64,000 bases of DNA from Eledone cirrhosa. Taxonomy: Eukaryota. The translations under genes were made by a program, and so were the position numbers. Of this stretch, positions 1-12,010 are shown piece after piece. Location of the stretch: the NCBI GenBank assembly GCA_964016885.1, contig OZ024742.1, positions 61,070,001 to 61,134,000 of the forward strand, given 5' to 3'. The notes below the pieces were generated by a model. The model was given only the letters and a program-made list of their open reading frames with translations. It was not told where the DNA came from and made no database searches. Position 1 is the stretch's first letter; every line of letters starts with the position of its first letter.

Positions 1-122
1 TATATGTATGTGAATAAAGACCTTGAAGTTTATGCCTTTTGCGTTGCCTTTTGATATTGTATTTTGTGATGTTCATCTTGGGTTCATTTCACTTATTTCT
101 GTAATGGCTTGGGAATTTCTTG

Positions 123-127
<5 letters not shown>

Positions 128-207
<80 letters not shown>
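128..207. repeat. (TA)n microsatellite; one of dozens in the window
   Basis: Perfect TA run read directly; explains the IYIYIY ORF at 23..223. Confidence 0.97.
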
Positions 208-211
<4 letters not shown>

Positions 212-212
<1 letters not shown>

Positions 213-355
213 TTATTTATTAAAATAACAGATTAAAGTTTAATCTGTTATTTTAATAAATATTTGCTCTACGGTTCTTATATATTTGATATATATTTAT
301 CCTTATCGAGCCCTCTTTGAATTTTAGTCTTCAAATTTATTATTATTACTATAAA
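212..355. mobile_element. Miniature fold-back element between TA tracts; same termini as 53645-54650
   Basis: Hairpin ATTTATTAAAATAACAGATTAAA-G-TTTAATCTGTTATTTTAATAAAT. The left end and the right end TTTTAGTCTTCAAATTTATTATTATTACTA both recur at 53645 and ~54618-54648. Confidence 0.7.
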
Positions 356-1518
356 TATATACATATATATTCATAAATATATATATAAAGAGAGAGAGAG
401 AGGGGGAGAGAGAGACGGGAGGACTAGTCGAATGCTAAGTACATTTTGCCTGCTATGAAAATAATTGTTGGACAGATTGCCTTGTACACCTTGTTAATCT
501 TTAAATCTATTTTATTTTAGCGATCAGTAGAGTAAGCTTAATCCCGCGTAAACATTGTGAAGAGAGGAGTAGTTGAATAGAACGGTTTGTGAATTGCTGT
601 AAAGTCAGATAATTAGTCTAACTTTTATGTATTTAGATTCTTTAAAATTATATTTCAGTTATACTTGAGTGTAGAGTCCTATCAGACCAGAACTCATCAT
701 GGTTAAACGTGTGACTGAGTTTACACCATACGTTTTCTTGAATAGAATGCTAGGTTAAAGTTTACCTTCGGAATACGATAGGTAATGTTCAACTGCGTAG
801 ACTAGAAGAACAGAAAAGGAAATGTATTGCATATGGATATATATTTCCGCGCCCGAGTTTTGGGTACTAAGCAGACCACTTACGATCATGAAAATAATTC
901 CATTGCAACTAGACTGTACGCTTTCCTAAATGTATATCAACCTTTCCATTAAGTTTATTTTAGTTTTATTGAGCTAAACAGTCGAGTCCTTATATTTGAC
1001 AGGATATATTTCCATCTACGATCATTAGAAGTGAAGATTCAATAAATTATATATAGGGCTCCGGGTTTTCATGTCGGGTTTCACAAACAGCATTCGAAAG
1101 ATTTCCAGTCTACATCTTTCTGTGTATGAAATTGCTGCTACTATATGATGTCCCCAATGCGGTGTAACCAGCTAACGGTGGTAAAAGTAGGGTGTGCGAG
1201 GTTAATATTCTCAGGTGGGTGGAGATCTGGGAACTCTGGGCGTATACCGGAGAATGGTGTGATATAATCAGTTATATCTTCTACCAAAACTTTCAGAATT
1301 TTCGGCTGTGACTATAATCCTATGGTCGAAATCAGTACTTTAATATAGTTTCCTTGCATTCAAATCCTTGCACCCACTATTTCGTCTCATATGTGTGTAT
1401 ATACCCTATATTATAATAATTGTAGGCGCTTTTTATGCTTCTGTCCTTTTCACACTTTCACTTCTCAACAGTGTTCCGTCCCTTTCTCTTCCTCACTCTC
1501 TATATCTATCTATCTCTG

Positions 1519-1565
<47 letters not shown>

Positions 1566-2756
1566 CACAAAGCTTGCTTTATTTACTTATTCCGTCCGTA
1601 AAATTCTAGGTTTGTACAAGTAATGAGATGTCAATTCAAGAATGTTGCCTTGTCGAGCAACATAGATTCTTAACCATATAAATTACTGAAGCGAAGTGTT
1701 CATTGACTTCATCAGCTCCAGAATCTTTCAATGTTTCCATTAATTTGAAGAATGACAGGTCTGAAGCATCAACATCATACGCATCAATCATTCCAAGAAG
1801 CGCAACAGCAAATAAATATATTTTAACGAATAGGTTTCACTTGCAAAATAAATTGGAACATAATAATAGCAACACGACAAAATTTACATATCGTTAAACA
1901 AACGGAATTTAATGATTTAAAAGATCATGCTCTAATTGTTATTATTATTTTTTTTTTCTGTATTTCAGCACACTTTTTCTAGTCATTCGATTAGTTTATC
2001 GCACACAAGTGTCAGTTATTGCTGATAACTAATTTGGATAGTACCAACATAGGTTTCAATATCTTTATTTTTGTATATTCTTCTACTACAAGGTTTATCA
2101 TAAATAATTTTACTATTTAGAAACGGAATATGTTTTATAATATTTTTCTCGTTATTTTATTACATATTTTGAAAATGTGTTAACTGGAAATTAACTATTG
2201 GTGAAAGAAAGTTATTGAATTATTAAATGATAATTTTTTGTTATGGGCAACTCTGTTTACAGTTACAACAATACAATAATTTTTATATTTAATTTTCTCG
2301 TTTTCATTCATTCCTATTGGCAAAATGTTTGTCGAACTTTTTGCAGTGAAATTGTCTGTAACCCTGTCGCTAAGAAAGCAAAGACTATTTAAACAACACA
2401 TTATAAATGTAAAGAGAGTATAAATTATAGTCTGTTTAGTGTCTGTGCTGCTGCGCTTGTTCTTGATGTTTTTCTAGTGGCTAAAATTATTCTTTCACGA
2501 CGTAATTGTTTCAGTTTCAAAACACTGTCTCAAATCAATTTACGTGCCAAATAATTATAACACAGAAATCTAATACACTTTAATTGAAATATTGATGAAT
2601 ATATGTTTTGTAGTTAGAATTGATTCAGTTGAATTTTGTTGTTATGCTGTTGATGAGGCGTGGGGCAGCGTCAAAGTATATTTGATGTTTATGCTGAAAA
2701 GGAGAAACAAACGAAACAACAGCTGATGTGTTGCTACTAACCGCTACACACACTCT

Positions 2757-2827
2757 CATACATACATACATACATACATACATACATACATACATACATA
2801 CATACATACATACATACATACATACAT
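2757..2827. repeat. (CATA)n tetranucleotide array; also the 3' tail of the adjacent RTE-derived element
   Basis: Direct reading. Confidence 0.95.
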
Positions 2828-3442
2828 GGTGGCTGCCAACTCGTTTTCGAGTACGGCCACTACTGTATATCCATGTAGGAGAACCCCTACCGATGCGCTA
2901 AACAAGTGTGACTTTTTAGTCCAGCCAGCGACTTGAAAACTCTGGTACAAACACTACACCTGTGACAATTATTGACACATAGTGCTGGGCCCATGGTACC
3001 ATGTGATGACAAGTGCAGAGAGATCTCCAGATATAAAGCAATGCCTGTGCCGTGAAGCTTTTATAGTGAGCAAAGGCACTGCACAAAGCCAGTCCCACTC
3101 TCTTAACCAAGATGATATTTATCAAAAGAAGAACAAGTCAACATCATTGGATACCATCAGGGTTGCAGGTGCTATATCAGAGTTTTCCTTCTCCTAGAAT
3201 TCTGCCTTGACAAAGGCTAAGGGGTCATCTTTCCGGTGATTTTGGATGGCCATTGACTCTTAAGAGCTCCTTTGCCCTTTGACAGGTTTTGTTTTTAGTC
3301 CTGCAGGATGTCCAAAGTCACCCTCCTCACCAAGAAGCCTTGGTGGGGTTGCCAGTTTAGTCGCTTTAGTCGCCAACGACCCGACCATGAGACAGGTTGT
3401 ACTGGGATACATGTTACCAGTAGCACCAACTGGTGACTTGAC
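2828..3442 (-). mobile_element. Bipartite (internally deleted) non-autonomous RTE-clade retroelement: 5'UTR-like part joined to 3' zinc-finger end
   Basis: 2828-3006 is the near-identical reverse complement of ~46629-46808 (C2H2 finger CSVCTRVFKSLAGLKSH plus 3'UTR and (TATG)n tail). 3007-3442 is non-coding and carries CTAGGAGAAGGAAAACTCTGA, a motif typical of RTE 5'UTRs. Confidence 0.65.
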
Positions 3443-3523
3443 ATACACACATACATACATACATACATACATACATACATACATACATACATACATACAT
3501 ACATACATACATACATACATACA
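3443..3523. repeat. (CATA)n array
   Basis: Direct reading. Confidence 0.95.
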
Positions 3524-4236
3524 TCACTGTACAATGCAGTTCGTAAAAAAGATAGCCCCGATAATAAACACATTAAAAGCTACAACAATGTGGAAGACAT
3601 CTATGTACATAATATGAAAGAGTACTGGTGGAATGTTCCAGTAAAAACCCCAATAAAATGCAGGCATAACAGACCAGATATTATGATATGGGACAGGGAG
3701 AAGAAAACATGCACAGTAGTGGAAATTAGCTGCCCAGCAGATGCCAATATAATATCAAAGATTAGTGAAAAGGAGAATATTTATGCAGAACTGATGAGAA
3801 ATCTGCAGATACTCCACCCTGATTACACCTTCAGATTTATGCCTGTGATTATTGGGGCACTGGGATATGTTAGTAACTGCCTCAATACAAATCTTGAGAA
3901 GCTAGGCTTCACAGGAACAGAAAGAATACAACTAGTTAGGAAACTACAAGTACAATACATTAATGGAACAGTAAAAATATGTAAAACATTCCAAAAATGT
4001 TGCATCTAATAACTGCATATACACATGTACAGATACAAAGTATATGCACATGCACACATACAACTCAAAACATCCATATCCACACATACAATAACATCCA
4101 TATCTACACATGCATGCATACATACATATCTACCTAGTTGATGGTGTGTAAATTCCAATGAGAGAGTCGTGTGTCTATGTTAGAAACCGACTCTCTCTCT
4201 ATTGGTAAAACTTTGTGAAATTATAAAACCAGAAGA
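3524..4236 (+). mobile_element. 5'-truncated R4/Dong-clade non-LTR retrotransposon: restriction-like endonuclease (open frame 3527-4009) plus 3'UTR
   Basis: WWNVPVKT..CRHNRPDIMIWDREKKTCTVVEISCP...KENIY...PVIIGALG matches the R4/Dong RLE signature (PD..E). The frame is uninterrupted to the stop at 4009. 3'UTR hairpin CCAATGAGAGAGTCG...CGACTCTCTCTATTGG. (CATA)n on both sides. Confidence 0.88.
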
Positions 4237-4263
4237 ACATACATACATACATACATACATACA

Positions 4264-4297
<34 letters not shown>

Positions 4298-4318
4298 CAT
4301 ACATACATACACACACAT
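4237..4318. repeat. (CATA)n array
   Basis: Direct reading. Confidence 0.95.
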
Positions 4319-4865
4319 ATCGCCGCGATATCTGGCAACTTCAAAACTTGCAAAACATTCTTGCGATTCAAGGGATGTCAATTTCTATTCTTTTACAAGC
4401 TGGCCACCAGGAAATGTGGCCGGTCAAAAATGTACTCGAAGTTAAGAGAAAGAGAAACACCCACACCCACAGACATGCATTGTCGATCTACTGCAACTAT
4501 TTCCTGTTTTATTTATTCACGACATTATTTGAACAGTACAAAGCAACAACAGTTAACATATTTTCAGTTTTTCGTTCCCTTACCTCTTGATTATTTCTAT
4601 ATTTTAGACTCTATTATCAAATGTTTTTCCGTTTTGTACATGTCTATGATGTGATTTGAGGGCGATTTAACTGTTATTTTAGCAAATCATGCGACAATAT
4701 AGGGACTCATTAGAGTGGCCGAAGCTTTAGAATGTAATACAAATGGAACTAATGTATTTAAATATTTCCCATTTACACCAACAGGCTCGTGAAGCCATAC
4801 CATAAACAATCAGTCTTTCCAATTTGTTAACTCTCCAACTCGGCGCCAATAAATTTGGAATGGAT

Positions 4866-4960
<95 letters not shown>

Positions 4961-4970
4961 AGAGAGAGAG
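4866..4970. repeat. Compound (CA)n-(TA)n-(GA)n microsatellite
   Basis: Direct reading. Confidence 0.95.
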
Positions 4971-5835
4971 AAGGGGGTGGAGACGATTGAGAGTCGGAGA
5001 GAAAGTTAGTGAGAAATTGTTTCATTACATTGCCACCACTCAGTACTGCATTCGTTTTATAAATCACAGTTTATTAAACGGTTATTACATGATATCGTAG
5101 TTTTGACGTTTAGTAAATCACACTGCTGACAGTATCATCCAACATGTGGAAGCGCCACCTTTTGTGCTGTTAATAAATACCTTGTTGTTTTCCTTGTTTC
5201 TTCTCTTCGTTTCTTTCGTGAAAACAATGTACAGGCAATTTTAGATCCCGTCTCGTATTAAAAACCAATTTATTGCTGGATATTAGCTCATTTGATTGAC
5301 AACCCTGATTATAACTTGAAATATTTCAGTTTGAATTCCGTTTTAAAGTTTATATTTGGCATTCCTATTGCTATATACAAATTGGCGTGTGGAATGAACG
5401 GGGAATTATCTGATATCACAAGAGGGTAATGGAGGATGCTCCGATAACATTTCATAGTTATCGAAATGATCTGATCGATCAGTATGAATAGAATAGAATT
5501 GTGCTAAGTGATCGCTTCTGGTTGATTTGGCATTCCATTGTTATAGAAAGGAATGAATACAATGCATGGTCTTGTTCTCTTTGATAAAGTCATTTTGTTT
5601 CCATTCTTCTATCCATGAGATTATTGAAGGATATAAAGAATAATGAAGGGGGTTAGGAAGCTAGGATTTCGTAGTCTCAGGCATATACTGTTTTTCTCAA
5701 GAAAAACTAACTCTCTATTAATATATAAAACAGTAATTTTCAATATTTTGGAAATACAGGGTACTATGGTGTGTTGTTCAGTTGAAACATGTTGAAACAA
5801 GGGAAATCGTTTCATATGTCACTATATCTGAAGGG

Positions 5836-5977
5836 AGGCGGTGAATTGGCAGAATCGTTAGAACGTCGGAGAGGATGTTTTGCGGTATTCGTTCCTGCTT
5901 TCTGCTCTCGTAGTTCAAATAACGCCGCGGTCAAGTTTGATTTTCATCCTTTCAAGGTCGATATAAAAATTACCAGC
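5836..5977 (+). mobile_element. tRNA-derived SINE, family A (diverged copy)
   Basis: A-box-like TGGCAGAATCGTTAG, B-box-like GTTCAAAT, core TTTCATCCTTTCAAGGTCGATA shared with 49031-49221. Confidence 0.8.
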
Positions 5978-7131
5978 GAGTCGTGATGTTCGTTCTTCTG
6001 TTGTATCTCCTCCTTACTCACTTTTTATCTTTTTCTGGAAGAAATCAGTTCCGTTCAGACCTGGAGAGGAGATGGGCTGTATCAGGTTTTAAAATGTCAA
6101 ATAGCGCCCCTACGACTGCATCAGGAGTGACGGGTCTATACATACATATCTGAAAATTGAGAATTCACGGAGGCTTAGAATTAAATAATTTGATGGTTTC
6201 CCGGCTCTCTGCATTCCGGTTTCAAGGACAATCGAGGTGAACTTCATATTTTGTCGCTTAGGAATCGATAAATAACGGATCAATCCAGCCCTGGAGCTAA
6301 TATTTCTTTCTAAATTCACACATACCCTCTCCCAGGAAAAAATGGAGTTGTGTTGACTCCTAGTGAAGGATGAACACCACCGTGTTTAAAACGTCCACGA
6401 TACACATTTATCACTGTGATAAAATAAGATGACAGTCAATTCAGGTGATTTTGCAAAATTAATAAAGAAGCGGGTGGGATGCTTTGTGGTATGTGCTCCG
6501 ACGTTCTGCATTGTAATTAGTAAGATAAGAGTTGAGACCGACAGATAGTAAAAGCAATAGAAAGACCAGTAGACACTTAGTTACTATGAATAATATTTCT
6601 TTTTATATCTGAAGAAATAAGATACGAACGTAAATATATCTAGATAATCTTTTCATGTTGAAACGTAGTTTTACGGCATTTGTCCCGACCCACTGCGGTC
6701 AATTCAGAACCCAATGTGTGCTAAATGGAATGGCTTAAATTTAAATCAGAACCCAATCTCACACCAACACAATGGTCGTAGGTGTATTTAGAGGAAGCCT
6801 TAAATACATGAACCTTCCTACCGCGCTAAATCATGTGGCTAAAAGGAGGCTGAAGAGGTATGGACGCTATAGTTCGTTTTCTTATGTTTTACAACTTTAG
6901 TTTCTACAATTATCCCATTCTTACTTAACCCATGTGTATATGTGTATGTGTATGTGTGTGCGTATATATATGTAAATCTCGGATGCAATCGGGTGTAACC
7001 ACAATAGGTAAAGTATTCAATATATTAGTAGAGTGTAAACATCAAATTTAATATAGAAATCACTTCTACAGGTCTAAAGCTGTTTCATTTGAATTAAATA
7101 GTTCTAGTCCCATAAAAGCCATTTCTCTCTC

Positions 7132-7166
<35 letters not shown>

Positions 7167-7616
7167 ATTTTGTGTGTGTGTGTGTGTGTGTGTGCGGGTG
7201 CGGGTGCGGGTATGTGTGTATGTGTCTGTGTTATCATGTGCAATTATCATTACCTACATGCCGTCACTTCCATTACCAATTAAGGTATATAATGTCCACT
7301 CTTAGCTGTAGGTTTTCTACATGTTGAGGTTCAAATCATGCACTCATTTGAATGATAAGTCGACCGCCCGGGGCTATTCGGATCGTTCTTCCGATAACTT
7401 CATTAACAAATACATATATATATATAGCCTGATAATGGGATTAGGAACCTCTAAAAAATGGAAAAAAGATGAGTATTGACGTACACCACGTAGAGGGTTC
7501 TAAAGCCCACTATGAGGCTAAAATGTCTTTAATCAAAAATACGGCGAAAGCTTCTATTTCTAATTTCAAACTCACTCGTTATTTCAAAACATATTTACTA
7601 TATATATATATATACA

Positions 7617-8068
7617 TTTAGGTTTTTTGGTTCACCACTGAATAGAACTGGTCATTCCGTATGGTCAACCTCGATGTAATATTAGGGAGAGCACTCGACG
7701 TAATGCAACTCACCCGTCTTCGTTTGTGTTGTTGGTGGTGCGAGTACGGAGTTAATTATTATAAAATAAATGGAGGCTGGACAGGTGTAATTAATTAAAG
7801 GTTTACTATACTATGAACATTTCAATGACCGGGTTCAGCATTAATCCGGTGACATCATCAAGTATTCGGCCGACCTGACTAGAAACTGCTAAATGTGTGG
7901 CCCCTTTCTTGCCTCTGCCTTTTTAGCCCCATGAATTATATTCCTTTGTTAAATTTCGAATACCTGACGATGTTACCCGATTCATACTGAACCCGGTCAT
8001 TGAAATGCTCATAGTATAATAAACCTTTAAGGAATTACACCAGTCCAGCCTTCTGTTATTTTATAATA
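7617..8068 (-). mobile_element. Non-coding fold-back PLE-type element; short relative of 38537-41434
   Basis: Inverted arms ~7759-7868 and 7957-8068, plus an extension 7617-7758 homologous to 38537-38688. TA tracts on both sides. A hammerhead motif in each arm. Confidence 0.85.
7960..8017 (+). ncRNA. Type I hammerhead ribozyme motif (inverted copy at 7808-7865 has TTGATGA core)
   Basis: ATAC-CTGACGA-[stem II]-GAA-ATGCTCAT-A/GTAT. Stem I ATAC:GTAT. The stem III palindrome is broken by one change relative to ATGATCAT in the 38.7/41.3 kb copies. Confidence 0.6.
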
Positions 8069-8445
8069 TATATATATATATATACATATATATGCACCCA
8101 CACGTAAAAAATATTCCATTACAAACACATTTTCTTAGCAAAATCTTCTCCACTAATATCAAAACTTCAAATAAATCTTTATTTGCTCACTCTCCCCAAT
8201 CATTCTTTCATCAAAGCAGCCATTGACATTATTAGAAAATAAATGATCAATATTTGTTCCTCCTCTTACTTTATATATTTATTTTTCTCTTTAATTTTCA
8301 TCATTCTCTTGTTGTCACTGATAGTTAATTATAATTACATTGAGGCAATGTTTTTTTTTTTACCATAATAGAAATGCTCTGAAGAATTGTGTAAGCAATG
8401 TTTTGCTTCATAAGTTTTGAAAATAGCCTAATGTTGTGTATGTAC

Positions 8446-8542
8446 CTGTAACTCTTGCTGGCGTTGTTGGGCACCGTAGTAGAATACAGCGTTTCTTGGG
8501 CATTGATTTAAAATCCTGGCGAAAATCATCTCCTTTCCAGTT
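8446..8542 (-). CDS. Putative internal exon of the unidentified minus-strand host gene (TGKEMIFARILNQCPRNAVFYYGAQQRQQELQ)
   Basis: tatattcag| acceptor, CAG|gtacat donor, 97 nt open. Phase-compatible with 12909-13043. Confidence 0.45.
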
Positions 8543-8627
8543 CTGAATATAGTCGATTGCTTCAAGAGAAATATTGAGTGTGTGCTAGAGAGGAAGTGAG
8601 AAAGAGAGATAAATGTAACAACGATTC

Positions 8628-8778
8628 CAGTACTGGAATGGTATTGTTTTTCTATCGGCCTTAACAGGATGAAAGGCAAAGTTGGCCTACGCTTGATTTT
8701 ATCTCAGCGCAGAGACCCAAAACAAAAACCATAAACATATTATTCAACGTTCTAACGACTCTGTCAAATTTTTCGCCG
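8628..8778 (-). mobile_element. SINE family A, diverged
   Basis: Reverse-strand core TATCGGCCTTAACAGGATGAAAGGCAAAGTTGGCCT. Confidence 0.7.
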
Positions 8779-9146
8779 CTATCACAATGTTATATGTACT
8801 TTAAAACTGGCTGTGACCAATATAGATTTTAAATGAATCACACAAAAATAATTTTTTGATCGATTACGTCTTTTGCTTCGGCTAATTGTCAAACATTTAA
8901 ACCTTTGATATTTGTAATTAATTATATCATGTGAAGTTTATGAGATTGACGAGATACTTACTGTTCTATGGAGGAGGTACAGGCATGGTTAAGGAGTTTG
9001 ATTTGCCACTACGTGCTTTCGTGAACACTACGTATAAATACATACTTATATATATATATATAATAAAAGTATGTGTCCTTACATGTAAATAATACACATA
9101 GGGATACAAGTATCTTTATTTGCTTTCCCTTGATTTTATATATATA

Positions 9147-9207
<61 letters not shown>

Positions 9208-9211
<4 letters not shown>

Positions 9212-9385
9212 CACTTGCTGTTTTTCTGAAAGAAATGTCCGTTTATTCCTCTTCTCTCTCTCTATCGTTCTATTTCAATGAAGGACTAGCGCCCAAAACG
9301 TTGGGACTCTCCTCCTATATCACGCGTTAAACTAATATATCTCTTCATTGTACTGTATCGTTTGCTGTGCTGTTCTACGTTTCGA
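9208..9385 (+). mobile_element. PLE 3'-terminal repeat fragment with degenerate hammerhead
   Basis: ATGAAGGACTAGCGCCCAAAACGTT...GCGTTAAACTAATATAT is homologous to the inverted copies at 22030-22272 and 43095-43220. Confidence 0.65.
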
Positions 9386-9400
9386 ATACACATACGCGCA

Positions 9401-9444
<44 letters not shown>

Positions 9445-9923
9445 TATATATATACATACATACAAAAAATAAGACGAAAGCTTATATATATATACACGAT
9501 CACTGGTGTTTAGGAGGAGACATCAGCGATCGGAATTTAAAAATTAAATTAGTAGCTTTCGTCTTATTTTTTTTTTACTACAGAAAATATTCTAGTAACA
9601 GATTATATAAAGCCCCAGCAGAACGCAAAAGAACGAGCATCAGTGCGCGTGGTAATTTGACCCATACATCTTATTTATTCAATTAAGTTATTGTCTCTTG
9701 TGCGACGAAATAACGGAGTTGTTAGACAGTCGGATAGAATGTTTTACATTATTCCTTCCGTCTTTCTTCGATCTGAATGTTAATACCATCAAGTTCAACA
9801 TTGCCTTTCATTGTTTCAAGTTGATAAATAAATAAATAAAGTAGTTCAGGACTGGGCATCGATACCCACCCTCTCTCTCACTTTCTTTTTCTCTCTTCTA
9901 ACTTTTCTCTCCTTCCTCACTTT

Positions 9924-9963
<40 letters not shown>

Positions 9964-10582
9964 AAGAAGTCAGCTGTGATTATCCCATCGCAAGGTTTAA
10001 ATGCTCAAGACATCTTATCTCAAGGTAACGCCACAACAAATATGTCAGAGGTTCTGATCCTAAGGCTGGCTTCATTCCTTGTTTATTAATAATTTGATGT
10101 ATCTCCTTAGAGAATTTAATATGAGAAGTTTCTTATTTGCCAATATTCTAGGGTTCAGCCTCTTTTTTTATTAATTTACATTCTGTTTAGTCAGAATAAC
10201 CGTTTTCAGAGCCTATGAGACCGATGCAACGCAAGGAGGAAACTGAATTTATGAGAAGGATAGTTATTTTATTTTACTGAACAAGGAATTATAAAAGGCA
10301 AAGTTGAACTCGGCAGTATTGAACTTAGAATATAACAGCCATTTATAAAAACAAAAAGACATTCTCTGACACGCTATTAATGATTTCGTCGCTATTAAAT
10401 TCAGATAATAGAAACGATAAATTATTTTTTAAAAAACCTAATTGTAATTTAAAAGGTCGGGAAGAATTCTATATTAGACTGAACTGTACAAAGCAAAAAA
10501 TAATATTTTTTCAGAAGCTCCGCCATAATGTTTGATATAATTAAGATCGAAGGCAGTATACAGATCATATTTGTGAATAAGT

Positions 10583-10880
10583 GTGTGACGTAGCGGTTAA
10601 CACGATCAGTTCAAGGTCGTAAGATTGTAAGTTCGATTCCCGGTGACAAGTTGTTTCCTTGACCAAAATAATGTATTTCACATTGCTTTAGTTCCTTCAG
10701 TTAGCACCAATCTCTTCTACTTGGAATTCATACGGCCGGCCTTGTCACACACCGTGTCATGCTGAATCTCCCAGAAGACTACGTTAAAGAGTCCCGTATT
10801 TGTGGAAAGTTCATGCATATGCTGATACGTTGTTCAAACAATTAAAACGCACGGTGTCGAAACTGACGAAGATCCAGTAA
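10583..10880 (+). mobile_element. tRNA-derived SINE, family B-like head
   Basis: TAGCGGTTAA A-box-like, GTTCGATTCC B box, then CCTTGACCAAAATAATGTATTTCACATTGC core like 42786-43052. Further heads at ~19840 and ~35050. Confidence 0.65.
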
Positions 10881-11229
10881 ATGGTAAAGTGTCCCGGGGT
10901 ATTTATTAGGACTCTCAGCCCTTTTTCTTCAAATCCTTCTAAAATCATCTTTGTCTTTCATCTGTTCATTGAAATGGTCATTGAAATGAAGAACCCACCA
11001 GGGCGATAGACGGGTAGAATTGTTAGAGCGTTCAGTGAGATGCTTTGCCATATTTGTCTGGTTCTCTGCGTTCTGGGTCCAAATCACGCTGTAACCGACT
11101 TGGGTGACAGACTTGATATATTGACCCGTTTAACATTACCGCCTGGGTCCTGGGTGTCTTCAGCTAAATCAATGTCATGACATCAACTTTGACTTTCACC
11201 TTACTGAGGGCTCGGTAAATGAAACTACC

Positions 11230-12010
11230 AGTGAAACTTTCGTCTGTAACCTCTTGCTGTGTCCACATAAACAGGATTTTTCACAACACGGTGAAGCTCA
11301 CTGTGACCGAGGAACAGGAGGCCGGCTGTGAGACTTGGAACAGGCTCGGACTCCGCCCAGTCGGCGTCTCTCTTCCTATTCCCCCTGTAAATGTCAAATC
11401 CCCCGAGAGCATATGGGATGCCATCCAGTGCGACATTGCCTAGGACAGGCAGGCGCACCAGCTCGACCAGCACCGCCTCGCATATTTTCGCTCGGCCTGG
11501 CAACCCCACAGCGGTGCCTGGCTCAATGCCTCACCCTCCTTTTCGACTAGCACTCAGTTGGTTAATGATAGCCACACAAATGTCGAAGCTGATCCACCGT
11601 AGACGCTTTCAGCTTCCACCCGCTGTCCTTTCGCTACAGTGCCGACCGCCTTCCAAGCCATGCTGCTCTCCACAAAGTCAGAAAGCATGATTTGGAAGCT
11701 GCAGGCTTCCCCTCCTAGCTAGAGCCGGCGGGGCTGGACTGAAGTGACGACAAAAAGCCAGACGGCATGGCACGAATGCCACATGCAACGACATTTTCTC
11801 CAACAGCAACCAGGTGCAGTCTGTGACTAACCCAGGTTATGCTAAACTCTCTGATGTCGTTGGACCCAGGACCACCTCCCAGACCATCATCGACACGTAG
11901 TTGGCTACCGGCTGGTGCTCGCCTCGCGAGCTAGAATGGGTTTTCCAACGCGTTCCCTCACCATCCACCGGGGAAACGCCGTCTATAATCTGTTATCGGG
12001 ACCAGCCAGC
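11230..12010 (+). mobile_element. CRE-clade non-LTR retrotransposon 3' fragment (degraded)
   Basis: Translation gives QHRLAYFRSAWQPHSGAWLNASPS (CRE-type HSGAWL), then LEPAG...DDKKPDGM...ATCND (RLE PD motif), across frameshifts. Confidence 0.75.

Larger units (their letters stand above)
450..4480 (-). pseudogene. Highly degraded ionotropic glutamate receptor (iGluR/NMDA-like) pseudogene, interrupted at ~1390-1570 and 2757-4311
   Basis: Manual minus-strand translation gives motifs in the expected order. Venus-flytrap/ATD-like: [33 protein letters not shown] (joined across the 2757-4311 insertion), LKQLRRERIILAT (~2500), YLFAVALLGMID (~1800). S1 and pre-M1-like: HLRILTS (1197-1217), CNGIIFMIVSG (~875-909; cf. 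WNGMIGEL), QLNITYRIPKVNFNLAFY (742-800; cf. LTITxERxxVVDFTxPF), DFTAIHKPF (~570-606; cf. FxFLxPF). Many stops and frameshifts. Confidence 0.5.
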
